Source: an uncultured Chryseobacterium sp.
GTDB lineage: Bacteria > Bacteroidota > Bacteroidia > Flavobacteriales_F > PHOS-HE28
NCBI GenBank assembly: GCA_964394425.1
Contig: CAYMXP010000005.1
Location: 24,034 to 88,033 of the forward strand
Direction of reading: 5' to 3'
Length of the DNA stretch: 64,000 bases
Positions 57,666 through 64,000 of the stretch are shown in pieces (position 1 is the first letter of the stretch; every line of letters begins with the position of its first letter). Below the pieces are notes generated by a model, which had not been told where the DNA came from, did no database searches, and saw nothing but the letters and a program-made list of their open reading frames with translations. The position numbers and the translations under genes are program-made.

Positions 57666-60600
57666 TCAGGCGGTCGTGGTGGCGCGAGAGAAGGTGATCC
57701 GGAACCGGGATCCCGAAGTACCCATTCGCTCGAAGCGCCCATCGAGCTGGCTGGTGAGCATTTGCACCAGCTGGAGCCCGAGGTTGGCGTGCTTCGCCAC
57801 GTCGAAGCCTGCCGGGGGGCCCACCCCGTTATCGGCAATGGCGATGGTCACCTCCTCTCCGATCAATTCCACGCGGATCTCGATCACGCCCTCCCTCCCG
57901 GAGGGAAACGCGTGCTTGAGCGCGTTGGAAATGAGTTCGTTGAGCATGAGCCCACAGGGGATCGCCTGGTCCAGACCCAGTTCGACCGGCTGCACCTGGG
58001 TGTCCAGGCGCACCTTCCCGCCCAAGCTGTAGCTCATCATGAGATTGCGCGACAGGCTCTCGATGTACACGCCCAGGTCCACCGAGTTGAAGTTCTTGGT
58101 CTGGTAGAGGCTTTCGTGGATGAAGGCCATCGAGCGGATGCGGTCCTGGCTGTCGCGCAGCAGGTCGAGCATGCGCGGGTCGCGGCCCACATAGCCTCCT
58201 TGCAGGTTCAAGATGCTGCTGATCACCTGCAGGTTGTTCTTCACCCGGTGGTGGACCTCCTTGAGGAGCACTTCCTTCTCGTGCAGGCTTTCGATCAATT
58301 TCTTCTGCGCGTCCTTCCGGTCGGTGATCCCATAGGCCAGGCAGCTGATCTCGGTCACCCTTCCATCGACGGTGATCGGGTTGAGGAAATTCTCCACCCA
58401 CAACGGACGGCCGGCATGGTTCCTCAACTCGACCTCGAACTGCTGTGGGAAGCCGTCGAGGGCCTGATGATACTTGGCCACCAGGCGTTCGTATCGACGG
58501 CCGGCCACGTTGGGCATATGCGCCTTCACGAAGTCGTCGCCCGGTTTGAAATCGATGCCGAACGCCCGCAGGGTGGAGATGTGGAAATGCTTGTTGAAGG
58601 AGGTGAGCCGCAACTGGTGGTCCAGCGTCCAGATCATCATGTTGGCGCTGTTCTCGAAGATGGCCTTGAGCCTCGCCTCGTGCTCGCGCACCCGGTCCTC
58701 GGCCTCCTTTTGCTCGGTGATCTCATGGCCCACGCCAAAGACCTCCTTCACGCCGCCGTCGGGATCGAACACCGGGCTCAGGAAGATCTCGTTGCACACG
58801 CGGCGACCCTGTTGATCGCGGAGGTCGGTTTCGAACCGCAGCGGCCGACCATCGAAAGCTTCCATGTACTTGCCCTCCCAGAACGCGTGGTATTCCGCGC
58901 TCGCGAACTTCTTGCGCGCCATTCCCGGGTCGGTGTTCACCTCGGGTCTGGTGCCATAGAGGCGCTCGATCATTTCCGCATAGCCCCGGTTGAAGGAGGT
59001 GAGCGCCACGCGGGGGTCCACCGTCCAGAACATGTGCTCGCTGCTCTCGAACAGCGCGCGCAGCTTGGCGGCGTGCTGCTGCACTTGTTCCTGCGCCTCA
59101 TGCACGCCGGTGATGTCGCGAAAAATGCTCCTGGTGGCCACGGCCCGGCCATCCTTGAAGCGTGCGTTCGAATTGCCCACGACATGCACCTCCCTGCCAT
59201 CCTTCGCTACGAACACCGTCCGGATCGGGCCGGCCGGCTCTCCGTTCATGATCCGCTTGATCGCCTCTTCACAATGTTCCCTTTCGTCGGGATGAACGAT
59301 CTCCCATATCGTCATCCGGGCGATCTCCTCTCCATCATACCCAAGGGCATCGCGCCATGCGGTGTTCACATATTGAAAGCGTCCATCCGCATCCACGCTC
59401 TGGATCAGGTCGGTGGCGTTCTCGAAGAGGTCCCGGTAGCGTTCCTCGCTGGCCACGAGCGCCTCCCGGTCGCGCTTGCTGGTGGTGATGTCGCGGCTCA
59501 CCCCCATGGCCCCCAGGAGCTGTCCCCCTTCGTCGTAAAGCCGTGACGCCGCGAGGAAACTGGTGAACACGGTGCCGTCGCGCGTGATGTTGCGCACCTC
59601 CCCGGCATAGACGCCGTGTTCGTTGAGTTCGCGTTGCACGCGCTCATACTCCGATGCCTCGGCGTAAAGCATGCGGGTGTCGTGCCCGATGGCCTCATCC
59701 GGCTCGTAGCCGAACTTCAGGCTGGCGGCCGGGTTGTACTCGGTGATCCTGCCGGCCGGGTCGGCCGCCATGATCATGTCCAGCGAACTGTCGATGAGCG
59801 ATCGGGCAAATCGGCGGCTCTGACGCAGGGCCTCCTGGGTGCGCCGATGATCCGCGATCTCCTGGCGCAGCACCCTGTTCACCTCCTCGGCCATGGTGGC
59901 GCGGGTGCGCTCCTGGAGCAGGCTCTGTTGAAGGCCGATGTCCTGGATGGTGAGTTGTGTGGCGGGTGATCCCTGGTGGGTGGACGCGTCCGCATACACC
60001 CTCACTCCCTTCGCTTCCCCTTTGGATATCAGTCTGGCATCCGCGCTCGTCGCGGAGCCGGTCCGGTTCGCGACGAGCAGTCCGTTCACCATCGGCCTGT
60101 CGTCCGGGTGGAACAGTTCGACGCATTCCTCGCCGGTGATCTCGCGCCCGCACATGGTTCCCGCCGCGGGATTGGCATAACGGACCCTTCCTTTCTCGAC
60201 GATGAGGATCCCGTCGCGGGCGTGTTCCACCAATTGCCGATAATTATCGATCAGCATGCGTTGCTCCAGTTCCGTCTGGCGCAGGTCCGTGACGTTGATC
60301 AATGTGCCCACCACGGCCGCGGGCCGGCCTTCCTGTTCGGACAGGTACACGTTCTCGAGCACATGGATGGGGCGGCCCGAACGATGGCGCAAGACGACCG
60401 GATGGCTCACGAGCTGCTTTTCCTCCCGCAGCCTCGTCAGAAGGGTTCCGCGCTCGGCGGGATCCACGTACAACTCGATGCAAGGCGTCCGCATCAGCTC
60501 CTCGCGCGACGCATAGCCGAGCATGCGCACCAGCGCCTCGTTACATTCCAGGAAGCGCCCCTGTATGGTGGTGCGGAATATGCCGGCGGGGCTGTGTTTG

Positions 60601-60698
60601 ACAAGGTCATCGTACCGCTCCTGCAGTTGCAGGTAGGCGCGGCCCAATTCCTCCTCCCGGCGCGTCATGTCGATCTCCTCGGACGGCTCCCGGCTCAT
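57666..60698 (-). CDS. cytoplasmic multi-PAS sensor histidine kinase (HisKA_2-type)
   Basis: 1010 aa with no TM segment. It has at least five PAS/PAC-like repeats (e.g. FRTTIQGRFLECNEAL, ILIVEKGRVRYANPAA, DGRFQYVNTAWRDALGY). The H-box is EVHHRVKNNLQVISSILNLQ, and the HATPase boxes are NELISNALKHAF and DNGVG. Confidence 0.85.
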   Translation of the reverse strand: MSREPSEEIDMTRREEELGRAYLQLQERYDDLVKHSPAGIFRTTIQGRFLECNEALVRMLGYASREELMRTPCIELYVDPAERGTLLTRLREEKQLVSHPVVLRHRSGRPIHVLENVYLSEQEGRPAAVVGTLINVTDLRQTELEQRMLIDNYRQLVEHARDGILIVEKGRVRYANPAAGTMCGREITGEECVELFHPDDRPMVNGLLVANRTGSATSADARLISKGEAKGVRVYADASTHQGSPATQLTIQDIGLQQSLLQERTRATMAEEVNRVLRQEIADHRRTQEALRQSRRFARSLIDSSLDMIMAADPAGRITEYNPAASLKFGYEPDEAIGHDTRMLYAEASEYERVQRELNEHGVYAGEVRNITRDGTVFTSFLAASRLYDEGGQLLGAMGVSRDITTSKRDREALVASEERYRDLFENATDLIQSVDADGRFQYVNTAWRDALGYDGEEIARMTIWEIVHPDEREHCEEAIKRIMNGEPAGPIRTVFVAKDGREVHVVGNSNARFKDGRAVATRSIFRDITGVHEAQEQVQQHAAKLRALFESSEHMFWTVDPRVALTSFNRGYAEMIERLYGTRPEVNTDPGMARKKFASAEYHAFWEGKYMEAFDGRPLRFETDLRDQQGRRVCNEIFLSPVFDPDGGVKEVFGVGHEITEQKEAEDRVREHEARLKAIFENSANMMIWTLDHQLRLTSFNKHFHISTLRAFGIDFKPGDDFVKAHMPNVAGRRYERLVAKYHQALDGFPQQFEVELRNHAGRPLWVENFLNPITVDGRVTEISCLAYGITDRKDAQKKLIESLHEKEVLLKEVHHRVKNNLQVISSILNLQGGYVGRDPRMLDLLRDSQDRIRSMAFIHESLYQTKNFNSVDLGVYIESLSRNLMMSYSLGGKVRLDTQVQPVELGLDQAIPCGLMLNELISNALKHAFPSGREGVIEIRVELIGEEVTIAIADNGVGPPAGFDVAKHANLGLQLVQMLTSQLDGRFERMGTSGSRFRITFSRATTTA

Positions 60699-60745
60699 GG
60701 GACGAACTTACTGCCGCCCAACGCTTGTGCTCGGCCATGCCCTTC

Positions 60746-62275
60746 TCACGGCGTGATCCATTCCGGCTCGAAGGGCGGCGGCACTTTTTCGTCGCCGATG
60801 CGCACGCTCGCACCATCCTTGTACTTGATGGTCAGCTCGGGCGCGCCCTGTTCGTTGTACCAGATGAAATCGCCCTGGGCCAGACCACCGGAAAACCGCC
60901 CTTCGAGGCGCATCTGACCGTTCGGCCAATACCATCTGTGCTTTCCCTGCGGTTCCCCCATCACGAATTCACCTCTGAAATGCTTGCGCCCGCTGTCGAA
61001 GGTGTGGACCCATTCTCCATCCTTGAGACCCTCCTTGTAAGCACCCTCCTCCCTGTGGTCGCCAACATGGTACACCCAGTTGCCCTCCTTGCGGCCATCG
61101 ATGTATTCCCCCTGGGTGAGCACGGTCCCATCCTCCGCATACTCCACCGATGCGCCATCTTCCTTCCCGCGTCGGTAATATTCTTCACGGTGGCGCGCCC
61201 CTCCTTCGTAATACCATATCCAGGCCCCCTGGGCAAGTCCATTGAGATAGGTTCCCCGCTGTTCCACTGCGCCGCTGCGGTGGTAAAAGATCCATTCTCC
61301 GTCCTTTCGCCCATCCTTGTATTCGCCCTCGGCGCGCTTTTCACCACTGCTGTAATACTCGACCCAGTGACCCTGGAGCGCACCGACGTTGTTCACCGAT
61401 CCGGTGCTCATCAGCTGGTCGTCCTGGTAGATGGCTGCGCTCAGCACCTCGCCTGTTGGTGAGTATTCCCGGAAGAGGCCCTGCCTGGCCCCTTGTTTTG
61501 TATAGCTGCCGATGCTCGCCACCTGCCCGTTGGCGTGATAGGTATTGCGGATGTTCAGTTGCATGGCCTCCCGGGCATCCGCCTGTTCCTGTCCCAGATC
61601 ATACTTCACCATGTTCTTCAGGCTGCCGTTGGCATCGAATTCCTTGGCGATGCCCTGAAGCTTGTCATCCACATAGGTCCCCTCCCACTTCACCTTCCCG
61701 TTCGCGTGGAATTCCTTCCAGGGTCCCTGTTTCAAACCATCCCCATCGATCCGGTTGATGTTGGTCCGGCTTCGAAGCACGCCTGATCCGTACTGCAGAA
61801 TGCTTGTGATCCGACCATCCGGTGCGTATTCATAGCCCCGTCCTTCTTCCGCCCCATCCTTGAACGGGGTCATTCGCATCACCGTGCCGTCCGGATGATA
61901 GTCGTACTGTTCACCCTGTTTCAGGTCGTCTGCGAAGTGTTCGACCGATAGGAGGGTGCCATCCGAAGCGTAGGACCGCGTCGATCCGTTCTTTCTGCCA
62001 TTCTCATAGGTGATCTCACTCGTCAACGACCCATCGGGAGCATAGAACTTCCACACGCTGTCCAGCTCGAACCGTACACGATTGCCTTCGCTGCGCATGA
62101 CACCATCATCATAATAGGTCTTCCACCACCCCTCCGGCTTGCCATCCACCAGGTAACCTTCACTGCTCACCTGTCCATTGGTGTGATAATACTTCATCGG
62201 ACCATCCTGCCCCTGCACCCTCATCGTGGCACCGAGGAAGATCGACCAACAGAGCATTTGTATTCTATTTTTCAT
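60746..62275 (-). CDS. secreted MORN-repeat (YwqK-like) protein
   Basis: The ATG at 62275 is followed by a signal peptide (MKNRIQMLCWSIFLGATMRVQGQ). About 20 tandem ~23-aa repeats follow, of the type G.W..YY..G....EG.Y..G...G.W. GC is lower than in neighbouring genes. Confidence 0.8.
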   Translation of the reverse strand: MKNRIQMLCWSIFLGATMRVQGQDGPMKYYHTNGQVSSEGYLVDGKPEGWWKTYYDDGVMRSEGNRVRFELDSVWKFYAPDGSLTSEITYENGRKNGSTRSYASDGTLLSVEHFADDLKQGEQYDYHPDGTVMRMTPFKDGAEEGRGYEYAPDGRITSILQYGSGVLRSRTNINRIDGDGLKQGPWKEFHANGKVKWEGTYVDDKLQGIAKEFDANGSLKNMVKYDLGQEQADAREAMQLNIRNTYHANGQVASIGSYTKQGARQGLFREYSPTGEVLSAAIYQDDQLMSTGSVNNVGALQGHWVEYYSSGEKRAEGEYKDGRKDGEWIFYHRSGAVEQRGTYLNGLAQGAWIWYYEGGARHREEYYRRGKEDGASVEYAEDGTVLTQGEYIDGRKEGNWVYHVGDHREEGAYKEGLKDGEWVHTFDSGRKHFRGEFVMGEPQGKHRWYWPNGQMRLEGRFSGGLAQGDFIWYNEQGAPELTIKYKDGASVRIGDEKVPPPFEPEWITP

Positions 62276-62354
62276 CAAGAAAAGATATGGATGCAATAAG
62301 CGCTGTTGGATCGGTGAAAAAACGGGGAATGGAAAGCTTGACATGATCAGTTGT

Positions 62355-62362
62355 CAAAATTA
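62355..62362 (-). promoter_or_regulatory. Bacteroidota-type -7 promoter box (TAATTTTG on minus strand)
   Basis: Perfect TAnnTTTG match, 79 nt upstream of the MORN-repeat gene ATG. Confidence 0.35.
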
Positions 62363-62675
62363 CCTCACAAGCCATGCACATGACAGCAGGTGCCATGATG
62401 GCGTTGAACGTGGTGACCGCCTCGGTTGTGAACGATCGTTAATGATCTTGGCGACGGGATCAGTGAATAGAACGAGGTGCCATTTGAGGGTCGACCGTGT
62501 TGGTTCTTGGTGGACCGTTCAAGGATCCATCAACACGGTCCGGCACCACGGGGCCCGTACCTGGGATATGAACAGGGCTGATCTTGGGTTGTAGGTCGTT
62601 ATGAACGTTCACGGGTCGTCTCGAACAGCGGATCGTTCATATCGTCGGCGCATCATGGAGGCAGGCCATCTCGGG

Positions 62676-62683
62676 TATCTTTG
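62676..62683 (+). promoter_or_regulatory. Bacteroidota-type -7 promoter box (TATCTTTG)
   Basis: Perfect TAnnTTTG match only 5 nt upstream of the rpiB ATG, which implies a leaderless or near-leaderless mRNA. Confidence 0.4.
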
Positions 62684-62688
62684 GGCGC

Positions 62689-63153
62689 ATGGACAAGTTC
62701 ACCGTTGCTATAGGTGGGGATCATGCGGGATTTGCGATGAAGAACAACCTTGCAAAGCACCTAAAGGATGAGGGTCATCGTGTGCTTGACCTGGGTACGG
62801 ATAGTGCCGAGAGCACCGATTACCCGCAATATGCCCATGCCGTTGCCAGGTCGGTGATCAGCGGACAGGCCGCCTTCGGGATCCTCGTTTGTGGCAGCGG
62901 AAATGGCATGAACATCACCGCGAACAAGCATCGTGGTGTGCGCGCAGCACTGGCATGGGATCCGGAGATCGCGACGCTGGCCCGCACCCACAACGACGCG
63001 AACGTGCTTACGCTGCCGGCCCGGTTCATCCCCGAGGAGATGGCGCTCAGGATCGCAGACCGGTTCCTTTCCGCGGACTTCGAAGGAGGGCGGCATGCGC
63101 GCAGGGTGGACCAGATCGAAACCACCGACCACAGGATGCATGATCAGGAATGA
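62689..63153 (+). CDS. rpiB: ribose-5-phosphate isomerase B
   Basis: Reads IAIGGDHAGFAMKN...GILVCGSGNGMNITANKHRGVRAAL...HNDANVLTLPARF, canonical for RpiB/LacAB. Confidence 0.93.
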   Translation: MDKFTVAIGGDHAGFAMKNNLAKHLKDEGHRVLDLGTDSAESTDYPQYAHAVARSVISGQAAFGILVCGSGNGMNITANKHRGVRAALAWDPEIATLARTHNDANVLTLPARFIPEEMALRIADRFLSADFEGGRHARRVDQIETTDHRMHDQE

Positions 63154-64000
63154 CCGATGGATCTGCTTGGGTTTGCTTGTGGCGTTCATGCACGGCATCC
63201 CAGCCGACGCGCAAAGGGACAGCGTGGCCATGCGCTACGCCTCCACCATTACACAGGCGGATCTGCGCGGGCATTTGGAAGTGATCGCTGGCGACGGATT
63301 TGAAGGTCGGGAAACGGGTCGAGCGGGTCAGCGCAAGGCCGCGACCTATCTGCGAGAGCGATTCGCCGAATTCGGCATTGGCCCGGTGCCTGATGCAGCG
63401 TCCAAGGGAATGGCGAATGGCTATGAGCAGTCCTTTGACCTGGAGGTGAACCACCCCGGAGGCCTCGGCCTGGCCATTGATGGTTCTCCCCGGGTATTCC
63501 TGACGGACTATTTCTATTTCAGCGACGAGTTGCGGTCGGATCTTGTTACACAGGAACTGCTGTTCGCCGGGCGAGGCATCACCGATGGAGCACGGGACGA
63601 TTACGCGGGCAACCGAGCTGCCGGTCGTGTGGTGCTGGTGATCGAGGGCGACCAGGGTCGAACCATCGCCAACACGGAAGAATTCTTTGCCGACGCGAGA
63701 GCGAAATCAAAGGCGGCCGAAGCGGCCGGCGTCGGCGTGCTGCTGATCGCAAGCACGAGGATCACCGGGCTGGTGGCCGAATTGGACCACTTCCTGAAGG
63801 GAGGAAGGATGCAGTTGGCGCAAAAGGACAAGACGCCGGCGAACGATGATGGGATGCAGGTCTTGTTCGTGAGCCGGGAGGTCGGTGAAGCCCTGCTTGC
63901 CGGGGCGGGAATGAGCTGGAGGAAGGCGCTGAAGTTCGCGCGCAAACCACCACGCACCGTTGCGGTCGATCTGCGGTTCACCTTTATCGATCGCAGCGAG
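63140..64000 (+). CDS. M28 family peptidase with PA domain, N-terminal part (runs off window end)
   Basis: My own translation from the ATG at 63140, which overlaps the rpiB end by 14 nt, gives MIRNDRWICLGLLVAFMHGIPADAQRDSVAMRYASTITQADLRGHLEVIAGDGFEGRETGRAGQRKAATYLRERFAEFGI... The frame stays open to position 64000. HL..IA.D..EGRETG..GQ..AA.Y is the usual N-terminal block of Bacteroidota M28 peptidases. It is absent from the ORF track because it has no stop in the window. Confidence 0.7.
   Translation, partial: MIRNDRWICLGLLVAFMHGIPADAQRDSVAMRYASTITQADLRGHLEVIAGDGFEGRETGRAGQRKAATYLRERFAEFGIGPVPDAASKGMANGYEQSFDLEVNHPGGLGLAIDGSPRVFLTDYFYFSDELRSDLVTQELLFAGRGITDGARDDYAGNRAAGRVVLVIEGDQGRTIANTEEFFADARAKSKAAEAAGVGVLLIASTRITGLVAELDHFLKGGRMQLAQKDKTPANDDGMQVLFVSREVGEALLAGAGMSWRKALKFARKPPRTVAVDLRFTFIDRSE

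Noticed and set aside
62226-62594. 122-aa ORF inside the long MORN/rpiB intergenic region.
   Set aside because: Its composition is Cys/His/Arg-rich with no hydrophobic core. Its 5' end overlaps the MORN gene start on the other strand, and no family resemblance was found. The region is better explained as regulatory DNA or RNA.

Overview
64-kb window from a high-GC (roughly 65-70% by eye) member of the Bacteroidota. The phylum call rests on gldH, porW/sprE, a GH3-family gene, an IPExxxVDY-type gene, an atpZ-atpBEFHAG operon without atpDC, and perfect TAnnTTTG -7 promoter boxes upstream of many genes. I call about 56 protein-coding genes. I saw no rRNA, tRNA or CRISPR array. From about 16.4 kb to 64 kb the content is mostly housekeeping: ATP synthase, purN, acpP-fabF-rnc, pyk, PSP1-gldH-PBP1A, porW-bactofilin, ssb, ferritin, pth-rplY-prs, rnr and rpiB. 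Signalling modules are interspersed: a 1183-aa orphan sensor kinase, a YfiR-like/TPR/HAMP-PP2C operon, and a MORN-repeat/multi-PAS kinase/LytTR regulator operon. The first 16 kb is the unusual part. Eight polytopic, GT-C-like membrane proteins from at least three sequence families are packed around one short Dpm1/GtrB-like GT2 enzyme, and five of the eight share a C-terminal soluble module. Together with scoA/scoB they form a ~13-kb co-directional minus-strand run. In it the normally adjacent scoA and scoB are separated by one of these membrane proteins plus an Avd-like four-helix-bundle gene, which is bracketed by AT-rich, octamer-periodic inverted repeats. A second, gene-less octamer-periodic hairpin lies just downstream of the GT2 gene. 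I consider this array the best candidate for an undescribed system, a multi-transferase periplasmic glycosylation locus, but every functional statement about it is inference from motifs. Many long ORFs in the supplied track are antisense artefacts of high GC and were not called.
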